64,000 bases of DNA. Source: a candidate division WOR-3 bacterium. Its GTDB lineage: Bacteria > Hydrothermota > Tepidihabitantia > Tepidihabitantales > Tepidihabitantaceae. Each line of letters begins with the position of its first letter. The first letter of the stretch is position 1. The translations under genes and the position numbers were made by a program. The stretch spans positions 9,119 through 73,118 of the forward strand of contig CBFGJX010000012.1 in the NCBI GenBank assembly GCA_965649225.1. Direction: 5' to 3'. Under the pieces are notes generated by a model, which was not told the DNA's origin, made no database searches, and was given only the letters and a program-made list of their open reading frames with translations. Positions 8,475-17,652 of the stretch are shown in pieces.

Positions 8475-9536
8475 ATGCCGGCGCGCAGGCAGTCAGCGGA
8501 CCCGAGAACAGACCGGCTGACAAGGCTTGATCTCGGGATTGACCTCGGCGCCACCAACATCAAGCTCGGGCTGGTTGATGTGTCGGGCAAAGTGCTGGCC
8601 CGGGAAACTCTGCCGACACGCGGACGCGAGGGCCCGAGGCTAGTGTTGAAGCGGGTAGCTGAGACGGGACTGCGGCTGGCAGCGGGACGGCGATTGCGTT
8701 CAATCGGCATTGGATTGCCGGGGCTGGTTGATCACGTTCAGGGCATCGTCCGTGTCCCGCCCAACCTGCCCAAGTGGGATGGCGCACCGGTGAAGTACCT
8801 GCTGGAACAACTGACGGGTGTGCCGGTTTTTTGCGCCAACGATGTCAACGCCGTGACACTGGGTGAGTGGCTGTACGGCGCCGGCCGGGGCTGCCGTGAT
8901 CTGCTGTGTGTGACTCTGGGCACGGGCCTTGGTGGCGGCATCGTTGCCGGCGGTCGGCTGGTGCTGGGGGCAAATCACGCCGCTGGTGAAATTGGCCACA
9001 CCAGCATCGATCAGCGTGGACTGCTCTGCAAATGCGGCAACCGTGGCTGCGTCGAACGCTATGTCGGCGCCGCCTACATCGTTGACCGGGCTCGGCGACG
9101 GCTGCGGGCACAACTGCGCCGGATCAAGACGCATCGTAATCAGTTGCCGATGTTTGACGGTGTCAGCGTTGACCGGCCCAGCCTGATGCTGGAACTTGCC
9201 GGCGACGATATTGATGCGGTGACAACCAAAGTCATCGGTCAGGCGGCCCGGCGCGGCGACCGGCTGGCAGTCGCGCTGGTAGAAGAGGTTGGCGCAGCGC
9301 TGGGCGCCGGCCTGGCTAATGCGGTGCAGCTGCTTGATCCGGAGCGAATCGTTGTCGGGGGTGGCGTCAGCGGGCTGGGCAGACCATTGCTGCGGGCGAC
9401 ACGGCGGGTGCTCGCCGAGCGGGTACCGGCCTTTCCGGGCCGGCGGATTTCAGTTGTGCTGTCGAAACTGGGACGGGATGCCGGGGTCGTCGGAGCAAGC
9501 CGGCTTGCCGACTGCCGGCCAGGTTGGGAACTTTAG
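8475..9536 (+). CDS. ROK-family sugar kinase (glucokinase-like)
   Basis: GIDLGAT, NDVNA, GTGLGGG, GEIGH, CKCGNRGCVE zinc motif. Confidence 0.92.
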   Translation: MPARRQSADPRTDRLTRLDLGIDLGATNIKLGLVDVSGKVLARETLPTRGREGPRLVLKRVAETGLRLAAGRRLRSIGIGLPGLVDHVQGIVRVPPNLPKWDGAPVKYLLEQLTGVPVFCANDVNAVTLGEWLYGAGRGCRDLLCVTLGTGLGGGIVAGGRLVLGANHAAGEIGHTSIDQRGLLCKCGNRGCVERYVGAAYIVDRARRRLRAQLRRIKTHRNQLPMFDGVSVDRPSLMLELAGDDIDAVTTKVIGQAARRGDRLAVALVEEVGAALGAGLANAVQLLDPERIVVGGGVSGLGRPLLRATRRVLAERVPAFPGRRISVVLSKLGRDAGVVGASRLADCRPGWEL

Positions 9537-10195
9537 AGCTTTTCCCAGAGAAATTCCCAGATTGATCCCGGCTTGACCTTCTTCTCCATGATGAAACTGC
9601 CGTCCTGAATGAACGGGCGGAATTCCTGGGCATAGTAAAGCCGGCGCTGGTTGGTGTTGTTGGCGTACCAGCGTCGACCCTGGCGATAAATCCGAAGCAG
9701 CGTTTCGTCGTAGTTGCCCTCGAATGTCCGGAAGCCGTAATTGAGCAGCGTTACCAGCATCGCGACGTGGCGGGGATAGGCGACGACTGACCGGCCCCGG
9801 TGTTTGCGGGCGAGCGCCATTACCATTTCGACCATGAACAGCGAGTAATTGCGACCGCGGTACTTCGGTCGCATGTAGGCGCGGGTGAGTTCCCAGCGAC
9901 CGAGGTCGCGGCCTTCGGCATCGCGCCAGCAGGGGTCGATGCGGTCGTAGCCCATGTATTCGGAACCGGAGTCCCGGTTGCCGAGATAGACCTCAAGGAT
10001 ATCCTCGGTGGTGACGGCGTCGCGGTAACGACGAAAGCAGAACCAGTGGTCGCCGATGCGGACCTCGGGAGCAGGCAGAACAACCTTGGCTTCGGGTTTG
10101 GAACGGATGAAATCGGCAATGCCCTGCTGGGTGGTAGACGGTACAATCCGGGCCAGTTCGTTGACCCAGCTCAAGACAGTCTTGCGGTCAAGCAT
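9533..10195 (-). CDS. Hypothetical protein with a GNAT-like acetyl-CoA motif
   Basis: WELTRAYMRPKYRGRNYS resembles GNAT motif A; ATG abuts the ftsK stop codon. Confidence 0.6.
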   Translation of the reverse strand: MLDRKTVLSWVNELARIVPSTTQQGIADFIRSKPEAKVVLPAPEVRIGDHWFCFRRYRDAVTTEDILEVYLGNRDSGSEYMGYDRIDPCWRDAEGRDLGRWELTRAYMRPKYRGRNYSLFMVEMVMALARKHRGRSVVAYPRHVAMLVTLLNYGFRTFEGNYDETLLRIYRQGRRWYANNTNQRRLYYAQEFRPFIQDGSFIMEKKVKPGSIWEFLWEKL

Positions 10196-12772
10196 TTAAC
10201 GGTTTGTCAGTTCGGCGAGAAGCCGTTCCAGTTCGGCCTCGCCGCTGACCAGTACCTTTCTGGATTTGGAGCCGACATAGGGGCCGACAATACCGGCCTG
10301 TTCAAGCTGGTCGATGATGCGGCCGGCGCGGGCCCAGCCGACATCAAGCCGGCGCTGAAGCATCGAGACCGATGCTTCGCGATGACGCACTACGATCCGG
10401 GCGGCCTCAGAGAATTTTTCGTCGAATTCAAGACTTTGCTGTTGTTGCACCCGTGTTCGCTCCGCCAAAACCTCCGGACTTTCTTCGCTCAGCACAGCAT
10501 AGTATTGACGATTAATCAGGTTGTCAATTGCGTCTTCGGGCAGGATTGAACGCAGCGTGTCCTGTTTCTTCTTGATGCCCGATTTCTCCGGGTCGTAGAG
10601 GGCATCGACGACATCGGCGGCGACCAGCTGCCCGGCCCGTTCGGCCGGGTTATCAACCAGTCCGGTGAGGAGTTCAGTGAGGTAGGTGCGTGTCCAGAGG
10701 TCAACGATACGCTTGGCAGCGCGGTCAGAGATGAAAGTGCCGTGGAGACGTACCGGTTCGCCCTTGCCCGGCGGCAGAAACAGCATGTCGCCGCGGCCCA
10801 GCAGTGCTTCAGCGCCGTTGAGGTCAAGGATAGTGCGCGAGTCGGTCTTGGAAGCGACCTGAAAGGCGATCCGGCAGGGAAAGTTGGCCTTGATCAGTCC
10901 GGTAATGACGTCAACCGACGGGCGCTGGGTGGCGATGACGAGGTGAATGCCGACGGCGCGTGACATCTGGGCAAGCCGGGTTATGCGCTGTTCGATTTCA
11001 TTCTCAGCCCGCAGCATCAGGTCGGCCAGTTCATCGATAATCACGACGATGTAGGGCTTGCGTTCGAAGCCTTCTTCCTCGGCGCGGGCGTTGTAGCCGG
11101 CGATGTCGCGTACCCCGAGTTTGGCGAATTCGCCGATGCGCGCGTCCATGATGTTGACGACGCGGGTGAGCTGGTTGACGGCCTGGGTCGGATCGGTGGT
11201 GGTACGACCAAGCAGGTGTGGAATCGGGTTGTAGAGCGGCAGCTCAAGCTGCTTCGGGTCGATCGTCAGCAGCCGGACATCGCGCCACGATGAGCGGTAG
11301 ATGATCGAGGCAATGATTGAATTGATGCAGACGGATTTGCCCGAGCCGGTGGTGCCGGCGATAAGTATGTGCGGCATCATCCGCAGGTCGGAAGAGTAGG
11401 GTTCACCGGTGATGGTTGTACCGAGGGCAAAACCGAGCGGTGATTGCTCACGGCGGAATTCGTCCGAGGTCAAAACATCGCGCAGATAGACTGTCTGGCG
11501 GACTTTGTTGGGAATCTCAATCCCGACCGCATTCCGGCCCGGTATCGGGGCGAGAATCCGGATGCGCTCGGCCGACAGAGCAAGCGAGAGGTCGTCGGCG
11601 AGGTTTTCCACCGCCGATACCCTGATGCCGGGAGCGGGTTCGAACTCGAAGCGGGTGATTACCGGTCCAGACAGAATGTCCGATACCTGACCCTCAATGC
11701 GAAACTCGGCGAGTTTGTCGAGCAGGAGCTGCTTTTCCCTTTCGGCTTCGGCCGGGTTTTTGAATGTCCGGTCCCGTTCGGTTGGCTGGTCAAGCAGGCT
11801 GAGGAATTCCTGCTGGAACTCGCTGAGGTCGAAACGGGGCAGCGGCTGACGCCGGGGTTCGGGACGGGGTGGCTCCGGTTGCCGGGGTGAGGGCTCCGGC
11901 GGTGGCGGTTCGGCCGGGCCGGTTGTGGCTGCGGGCGGCGTTGTTGTTTTGGGCGGTGTCTGGAGTGTTGGACGTCCGGGTTTCGGTTGACGCAGCCGGC
12001 GAACCCGGGCCACGAGATTTTCCAGCAGTCGTCGCAGCCAGCCGAGTTCGGGCACGCGTACGGTCGTAAAGACCGCAATGACGATCAGGCTCGCTCCGAT
12101 GATCGCAAACAGAGTGCCGACCGTGCCGATGGCGCTTTCCAGCAGACGGACGAGTGCGATTCCAGCCGTTCCACCGGGGGGATAGGAGCCGTCGAGGCCG
12201 ACAAGTCGGAGGGTGGGAAAAGCCCAGGCAAGAAAGAGATTGATGAGCAGGCCAATGAGCAGAACAAACAGGGTCTCGAACAGGTCATCACGCAATCGGG
12301 CGCGCAGTCGGATGTTCAGTCCCCAGATGAGCAGCACGGCGATGAGCATCCATGCCCCGAAACCCAGCAGCAGGCTCAGACCCGAACCGACAAACCGGCC
12401 GACAAAGCCGGTAAAAGTCGGGTAAGGACGGAGCGCAGCCTGGTACTCGAACAGGGCGATGGCGACGAAGGCGGCGAGCAACCAGAGGGCAAATCCGGCA
12501 ACCGGCCGGGCACCGCGGCCGCGCGTGATTACAAGCCAGGCCGCCAGTCCGGTCATTACCGGGACGAGCGCTGCACTGAAGCCGAGAGCGGCGATGAGTG
12601 CGGCGGCAATCCAGTGGCCAAGCGGGCCGCAGTAGCTGGTTTCGGTCGAGCGCTGGCCGGCGAACCAGAACACCAGGCTGGCGGTGATGAAGAGTATCAG
12701 TACGGCCAAGGCAATCGTCAGTGCCAGTTGACCGTTGCGGGACCGGCGGCGCGGTGCGATTGAGCGCGGCAT
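10196..12772 (-). CDS. ftsK: DNA translocase FtsK
   Basis: N-terminal TM helices, Pro-rich linker, Walker A AGTTGSGKS, IIDELADLM, ATQRPSVDVITG, gamma domain SVSMLQRRL...RAGRIID. Confidence 0.96.
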   Translation of the reverse strand: MPRSIAPRRRSRNGQLALTIALAVLILFITASLVFWFAGQRSTETSYCGPLGHWIAAALIAALGFSAALVPVMTGLAAWLVITRGRGARPVAGFALWLLAAFVAIALFEYQAALRPYPTFTGFVGRFVGSGLSLLLGFGAWMLIAVLLIWGLNIRLRARLRDDLFETLFVLLIGLLINLFLAWAFPTLRLVGLDGSYPPGGTAGIALVRLLESAIGTVGTLFAIIGASLIVIAVFTTVRVPELGWLRRLLENLVARVRRLRQPKPGRPTLQTPPKTTTPPAATTGPAEPPPPEPSPRQPEPPRPEPRRQPLPRFDLSEFQQEFLSLLDQPTERDRTFKNPAEAEREKQLLLDKLAEFRIEGQVSDILSGPVITRFEFEPAPGIRVSAVENLADDLSLALSAERIRILAPIPGRNAVGIEIPNKVRQTVYLRDVLTSDEFRREQSPLGFALGTTITGEPYSSDLRMMPHILIAGTTGSGKSVCINSIIASIIYRSSWRDVRLLTIDPKQLELPLYNPIPHLLGRTTTDPTQAVNQLTRVVNIMDARIGEFAKLGVRDIAGYNARAEEEGFERKPYIVVIIDELADLMLRAENEIEQRITRLAQMSRAVGIHLVIATQRPSVDVITGLIKANFPCRIAFQVASKTDSRTILDLNGAEALLGRGDMLFLPPGKGEPVRLHGTFISDRAAKRIVDLWTRTYLTELLTGLVDNPAERAGQLVAADVVDALYDPEKSGIKKKQDTLRSILPEDAIDNLINRQYYAVLSEESPEVLAERTRVQQQQSLEFDEKFSEAARIVVRHREASVSMLQRRLDVGWARAGRIIDQLEQAGIVGPYVGSKSRKVLVSGEAELERLLAELTNR

Positions 12773-12774
12773 TG

Positions 12775-13401
12775 CTAGATGAGCAGGTGTCCGGTGAACA
12801 GCCGGCCGAAAAACTGAACCAGCGGACCGAGATAGAGCGAGAACAGCGATACGCCGGTGAACTGTCCGATAAAAATAATCGCCATCAGCAGCAGAAAGCC
12901 GTACCGCTCGAGCTGGGCGTAGCCGGCGGCGAGCCGGGGCGGCAGGAAGTAGTAGACCAGCCTTGAGCCGTCAAGAGGCGGAATCGGGATGAGGTTGAAG
13001 AAGCAGAGGATGATGTTGAACAGGACAAAGTAGTTCAGCAGCAGGGGCAGAAAGCCGGTGATGCCAAGTGCGGTCAGCAGCCGGTAGACCAGACCGGCGC
13101 CGAGGGCGGTGACAAAATTGGCCGCCGGGCCGGCCAGTGACGAGATGGCCATATCGCGGGTCGGATGGCGAAAGTAGCTGGGGTCAATTGGCACCGGCCG
13201 TGCCCAGCCGAACCGGAACAGAAACAGCGCAATCGTGCCGACCGGGTCGAGATGTTTGAGCGGATTGAGGGTGAGCCGGCCCAGTTCCCGGGCCGTAGGG
13301 TCGCCCAGTCGCCAGGCAACCCAGCCGTGGGCAAACTCATGGATGGTCAGGCCAAACAGAATTGCCGGGGCGGAAAGGAGCAGACTGCGGGCGTCAAACA
13401 T
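12775..13401 (-). CDS. Site-2 protease (M50 family)
   Basis: HEFAH zinc motif, AGPAAN, FNLIPIPPLDG. Confidence 0.92.
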   Translation of the reverse strand: MFDARSLLLSAPAILFGLTIHEFAHGWVAWRLGDPTARELGRLTLNPLKHLDPVGTIALFLFRFGWARPVPIDPSYFRHPTRDMAISSLAGPAANFVTALGAGLVYRLLTALGITGFLPLLLNYFVLFNIILCFFNLIPIPPLDGSRLVYYFLPPRLAAGYAQLERYGFLLLMAIIFIGQFTGVSLFSLYLGPLVQFFGRLFTGHLLI

Positions 13402-14612
13402 CAGGCCCTCCCGGTAAGCAGCCGGCGGCAGAGCGCAGTTTCACCGGCACGATCGGTCACTCGGCCATCGAGGCGCGCCCAGAGCAGCCTTTCAAGGATA
13501 CTGCGGTAATTTGGTCCGGGCCGCAAACCGAGCGATTTCAGGTCGGCGCCGGTCAGTTCGGTCCGGACATCGGCCATTGTGTCAAGATAGGTGCGGATTC
13601 GCCGTGCCACCGGTGGCGGCTCCGTGCAGGCCAGGATCTCAAGTGCCGGGCGGGGGACGGGGTTGAGCAGGCGGTAGATTGCGCTGGGTCGCCGGACGCG
13701 CATGAGGCTGCGCCGGAGTGTCGAAGCGCCGGCAATTGCCGCCGCGGCCAGGCGGTGTTCCCGGCGCAGGGGCCAGTTGTCAGCGACCGGCAGGTAACTG
13801 AGCAGGAGCAGAAACTTCAGCTCGGCATCACGGCCCGCCTGTGTCAGTTGGCGCATGGCATCGAGCAATCCGGGCCGGGGGCGCCAGTGCCAGGTTGCCG
13901 ACAGAACCCGCTCTTTGATCAGTGCGTCAAGTATCGGCAGGACCAGTGGTTCCGCGCAGATGAGCCTGAGTTCATAAAGCAGCCGTTCGGGGGTCAGCAG
14001 TGCGGGCAGGCGTGCGCGAACGGCGGTACGCAGCAAGGTCAGAGTTCGGGGTTCGATGGCAAAGTCGAAGCGGACGGCAAAGCGGATGGCGCGGAAGATG
14101 CGGGTCGGATCGTCAATGAAGCTACGGTCGTGAAGAACGCGCACGGTGCGCGCTGCCAGGTCGGCTCTGCCGCCGAGCGGGTCGAGCAGCCGGCCGAAGG
14201 CATCAGGCGAAAGGTCCAGCGCCATGGCGTTGATAGAGAAATCGCGCCGGGCGAGGTCGGTTTCAATCGGTGCCGGATGAACGCGGGGCAGAGTCGCTGG
14301 CTGTGGGTAAGTCTCGCGCCGGGTCGCGCTGATATCGATGCGTCGACCATCGGCGAGGGTGATGGTGCCGGTCAGGAACCGCTGATGATAGACAAAGCTG
14401 CCACTGAGCTCCCGGGCAAGGGCACGACCGTAATCGGCCGAGCGGCCTTCGACCGCAACGTCAATGTCGAAACCGGTGCAACCGAGGAGAATGTCGCGGA
14501 CCGGCCCGCCGACAAGATAGGCCCGTGTCCGCTCCTGGAGTGCGATGTGACCAAGCCGGATCAGCAGCGGGCGACTGGCTTCCGGGACGGCCAGGACCAG
14601 GCTAGAAGCCAA
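13401..14612 (-). CDS. cca: Class II tRNA nucleotidyltransferase (CCA/A-adding type)
   Basis: LVGGPVRD, DIDVAV, DLARRDFSINAMA, FIDDPTRIFRAIRF. Start uncertain; TTG 14612 overlapping the upstream stop chosen. Confidence 0.88.
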   Translation of the reverse strand: MASSLVLAVPEASRPLLIRLGHIALQERTRAYLVGGPVRDILLGCTGFDIDVAVEGRSADYGRALARELSGSFVYHQRFLTGTITLADGRRIDISATRRETYPQPATLPRVHPAPIETDLARRDFSINAMALDLSPDAFGRLLDPLGGRADLAARTVRVLHDRSFIDDPTRIFRAIRFAVRFDFAIEPRTLTLLRTAVRARLPALLTPERLLYELRLICAEPLVLPILDALIKERVLSATWHWRPRPGLLDAMRQLTQAGRDAELKFLLLLSYLPVADNWPLRREHRLAAAAIAGASTLRRSLMRVRRPSAIYRLLNPVPRPALEILACTEPPPVARRIRTYLDTMADVRTELTGADLKSLGLRPGPNYRSILERLLWARLDGRVTDRAGETALCRRLLTGRA

Positions 14613-14910
14613 GGCCCTTGGCGACTTCGTCTTCTTTGCCGTGAAGTTTGATTTTGCCGAAGCGGTCTTCGTACTTTTTGATGTTTTCGGCGAGTGCGTT
14701 GTGGAGCAGGGTGGCATGCTGGGGTGTCATCACAATCCGGGAAAACACTTTCGCCTTGGGCAGTCCGGGCAGGATGCGGGCAAAGTCAATGATGAATTCT
14801 GAGGGCGAATGGGCAATGAGGACGAAGTTTGAATAAACACCCTCGGATTCCTTTTCACCGATTTCAATCTGTACCGGTGGGCCCGGCTGGGGTCTTTCTT
14901 CCTGAGCCAT
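14602..14910 (-). CDS. DUF3467-family protein
   Basis: EGVYSNFVLIAHSPSEFIIDF...SRIVMTPQHA...YEDRFGKI; AGGAG SD before ATG 14910. Confidence 0.85.
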   Translation of the reverse strand: MAQEERPQPGPPVQIEIGEKESEGVYSNFVLIAHSPSEFIIDFARILPGLPKAKVFSRIVMTPQHATLLHNALAENIKKYEDRFGKIKLHGKEDEVAKGLGF

Positions 14911-14927
14911 CAGTTCTCCTTTCGGGG

Positions 14928-14955
14928 ATTTTAGAGGCAATCAAGAGAGAGTCAA
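14928..14955 (-). promoter_or_regulatory. sigma70 promoter of the DUF3467-cca-S2P-ftsK operon
   Basis: TTGACT-N16-TAAAAT. Confidence 0.7.
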
Positions 14956-14991
14956 GGCAGGTTACCGACAGAGAGGAGGAGATGATGTTGG

Positions 14992-16194
14992 CTAGGCCGG
15001 GAGCAGCCGGACAAAACGGCGTTTGCCGACCCGGAGTACGGCTGGCTGGTCCAGTCGGATGCAGAGCGTCGGGTCGCTGATGCGCTCGCCGTTGATCGTT
15101 ACCGCACCTTCGGCGATCTTGCGCCGGGTTTCACTCTTCGAGGGCAGCAGGCCGGCCGCGACGATGAGGTCAACGATGTTTCTGCCGTCGGCGGGGAGGG
15201 TGATTTCCGGCATCTGGTCGGGCAGGCCGCCGTCGCGGAACATCCGGTTGAATTCGGCTTCGGCTTCAGCGGCAGCGGTGGCCGAGTGGTAGATAGTGAT
15301 GATAGTGCGGGCCAGTCGGGCTTTGTAGTCGCGCGGGTTGGCACCGGCCTGGATGGCGGCCGTCATTGTGGCGATTTCGCTTTCGGTGGTATCGGTGCAA
15401 AGCCGGAAGTAGTCGGCGATGAGTGAGTCGGGGATTGACATCAGCTTGCCGAACATCTCGCGGGGCGATTCGGTGATGCCGACGTAGTTGCCGTAGGATT
15501 TGGACATCTTTTGAGTGCCGTCGGTACCAACCAGCAGCGGCATGGTCAGGACAATCTGGGGCGGCTGGCCGTATTCGCGCTGCAGTTCACGGCCGACGAG
15601 AAGGTTCCAGTACTGGTCGGCACCGCCCAGTTCAACGTCGGACCTGACTGCTACCGAATCAAAACCCTGAAAGAGCGGATAGAGCAATTCGTGGACGTGG
15701 ACCGGCACACCGGTATCGAGACGTTTCTTGAAGTCTTCACGTTCCAGCAGCCGGGCGACGGTGTAACGTGAGGCGAGGGTGATGATGTCGGCGCCGCCGA
15801 GCGGGCCGCACCATTCGGAGTTATAGCGGAATTCGCACCGTTCGGGGTCGAGAATCCGGAATACCTGTTCCCGGTAACGGGCCATGTTGCTCTGGATTTC
15901 GTCTTCGCTGAGATGGGGACGGGTCCGGGAGCGGCCGGACGGGTCGCCGATGCGGGCGGTGAAGTCGCCGACAATCAGCACGGCACGATGCCCGAGGTCC
16001 TGGAACTGCCTGAGTTTGCGCAGCGGGACCGCAAAGCCGAGATGAATGTCAGGGCCGGTGGCATCAATGCCAAGTTTGATGCGCAGGGGCCGACCGTCAC
16101 GGGCCGCAGCGGCAAGCCGTTCCAGCAGTTCGGCTTCGGTTTCCAGCCGGTCGACGCCGCGACGCAGCAGTTCGAGGGCCTGCTGGGGAGTCAT
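14992..16194 (-). CDS. tyrS: Tyrosine--tRNA ligase
   Basis: HIGH-like DIHLGF, GDFTARIGDPSG, ELGGADQ, KMSKS, C-terminal S4 domain. Confidence 0.96.
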   Translation of the reverse strand: MTPQQALELLRRGVDRLETEAELLERLAAAARDGRPLRIKLGIDATGPDIHLGFAVPLRKLRQFQDLGHRAVLIVGDFTARIGDPSGRSRTRPHLSEDEIQSNMARYREQVFRILDPERCEFRYNSEWCGPLGGADIITLASRYTVARLLEREDFKKRLDTGVPVHVHELLYPLFQGFDSVAVRSDVELGGADQYWNLLVGRELQREYGQPPQIVLTMPLLVGTDGTQKMSKSYGNYVGITESPREMFGKLMSIPDSLIADYFRLCTDTTESEIATMTAAIQAGANPRDYKARLARTIITIYHSATAAAEAEAEFNRMFRDGGLPDQMPEITLPADGRNIVDLIVAAGLLPSKSETRRKIAEGAVTINGERISDPTLCIRLDQPAVLRVGKRRFVRLLPA

Positions 16195-16197
16195 GGT

Positions 16198-16683
16198 TCA
16201 GGGCATCCGGTAGTTGCCGAAATCTTCCGGCGTAATCTCGCGCAGGCGGGCGCGCAGCTCATCGGGGTTGCCGGTGTTGCCCTCCGGGCTGAGCAGTCCG
16301 GCTTCGTCCATCACCGCTTCGGCGACACCGATGGCCGCACCGGCGCGCAGCGCCAGCGCAATGGCGTCGGATGGTCGGGCGTCGATACTGACCTTGCCCT
16401 GAGGAGAATCGAGCACCAGCTCGGCGTAAAAAGTGCCTTCCGCCAGTCGAGTGACCACCGCCCGGCGCATGACTCCGTGCAGACCGGCAATGAGCAGGTT
16501 CATCAGGTCAACAGTGAGCGGGCGGACAAAGCGTTCACCGGAGAGAACATAGATGATTGCCTGAGCTTCGTTCGGGCCGATAAATATCGGCAGGACGCGA
16601 TTGCCGTTGCGTTCGCGAAGAACGACAACCGGCAGGTCGGTATCGCGGTCGAACAGGACGCCTTCGACCCCGACCTCAATCAC
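16198..16683 (-). CDS. Bifunctional nuclease family protein (DUF151)
   Basis: LPIFIGPNEA, RPLTVDL, IDARPSDAIALA. Confidence 0.9.
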   Translation of the reverse strand: MIEVGVEGVLFDRDTDLPVVVLRERNGNRVLPIFIGPNEAQAIIYVLSGERFVRPLTVDLMNLLIAGLHGVMRRAVVTRLAEGTFYAELVLDSPQGKVSIDARPSDAIALALRAGAAIGVAEAVMDEAGLLSPEGNTGNPDELRARLREITPEDFGNYRMP

Positions 16684-17126
16684 GCTGGGGCTTCAGCCAC
16701 CCAGAGCTTGACAGTCGCGGTGATCTCGTGACCGAGCTTTACCGGGATGTCGTAGACCCCGGGTGCCTTGATCGGTTCGGCGAGGACAATAGCGTGTTTG
16801 TCGATCTCGTGACCGGCAGCCTTCAAGAGCTCAGCGATGTCGGCATTGGTGATGGCGCCAAACGCACCGGTTTCGCCCATTCTGATCGTCGTCTTGATCT
16901 GGACGAGTCCGAGACGCTCGGCCAGGTCGGTCAGCCGACGGGTTACCTTGGCCTGCTTGGACTGCAGCTGCGAGCGGATACGCTCGAGCTGGGCAAGCTG
17001 AGCCGGAGTCGCTGCCAGGGCCAGTTTGCGCGGAAAGAGGAAGTTGCGGGCATAGCCGGGTTTGACGTTGACGACCTCGCCGCGGCTGCCGACGCGTTCG
17101 ATGTCGGAAAGCAGGATGACCTTCAT
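16680..17126 (-). CDS. rplI: 50S ribosomal protein L9
   Basis: MKVILLSDIERVGSRGEVVNVKPGYARNFLFP; start ATG 17126 overlaps the rpsR stop. Confidence 0.96.
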   Translation of the reverse strand: MKVILLSDIERVGSRGEVVNVKPGYARNFLFPRKLALAATPAQLAQLERIRSQLQSKQAKVTRRLTDLAERLGLVQIKTTIRMGETGAFGAITNADIAELLKAAGHEIDKHAIVLAEPIKAPGVYDIPVKLGHEITATVKLWVAEAPA

Positions 17127-17356
17127 TGCGGATTGTAGGGCAGCAGCGCGAGCGAGCGGGCGGTTTTGATTGCACGGGCAAGCCGGCGCTGATGCCGGGC
17201 ACAGACACCGGAGACTTTGCCGGAGACTATCTTGCCCTTTTCGGTCGTGAAGTCGCGGATGTGCGGATCGCGGTAGTCGATGACCGCAATCTTGTTGTCG
17301 CAGAAGTAGCAGCTTTTTCGGCGCCGGGCCGGCTGTCGTCGTCTTCTCATCATCAT
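17123..17356 (-). CDS. rpsR: 30S ribosomal protein S18 (zinc-binding type)
   Basis: CYFC...IDYRD...TEKGKI...GVCARHQRRLARAIKTAR...LLPY. Confidence 0.95.
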   Translation of the reverse strand: MMMRRRRQPARRRKSCYFCDNKIAVIDYRDPHIRDFTTEKGKIVSGKVSGVCARHQRRLARAIKTARSLALLPYNPQ

Positions 17357-17364
17357 AGCCTGTC

Positions 17365-17392
17365 AGGATAGGCAAAAAGCTTGAAGTGTCAA
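17365..17392 (-). promoter_or_regulatory. sigma70 promoter of rpsR, near-leaderless
   Basis: TTGACA-N16-TATCCT, 8 nt before the first ATG. Confidence 0.7.
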
Positions 17393-17606
17393 GATTGTGG
17401 AAGAATGCCGGTCGGCCGGGCGAGTGCGGCCGCAATCAGCGGGGTTGCTTTCGAGCCGGCGCAAAGAAGACGGGGTCCTGGAGGTAACTGTTTGATAATG
17501 TGTCGGTTGATTTGAAGGTCTCAACCGGGATGGATGCCACCATGGAGGCTGTCCGGTAACCAACCCTGAAAGCCCGAGACCTTGAGAGCAGTGTCGCGTA
17601 AATGGA

Positions 17607-17635
17607 GCGGGGAACGGTGGTTGGCCGTTCCCCGC
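17607..17635 (-). terminator. Hairpin downstream of the secreted protein gene (terminator-like)
   Basis: 11-bp perfect stem GCGGGGAACGG/CCGTTCCCCGC; weak U tract. Confidence 0.6.
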
Positions 17636-17652
17636 GCGATGGTAATGAGGTA

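Noticed and set aside
17127..17435. N-terminal extension of the L9 ORF; similar extensions on cca, mfd, yfhO-like, hflX, rpsU and rpsT
   Set aside because: They overlap genuine upstream genes or promoters in other frames; homology starts at the downstream start codons
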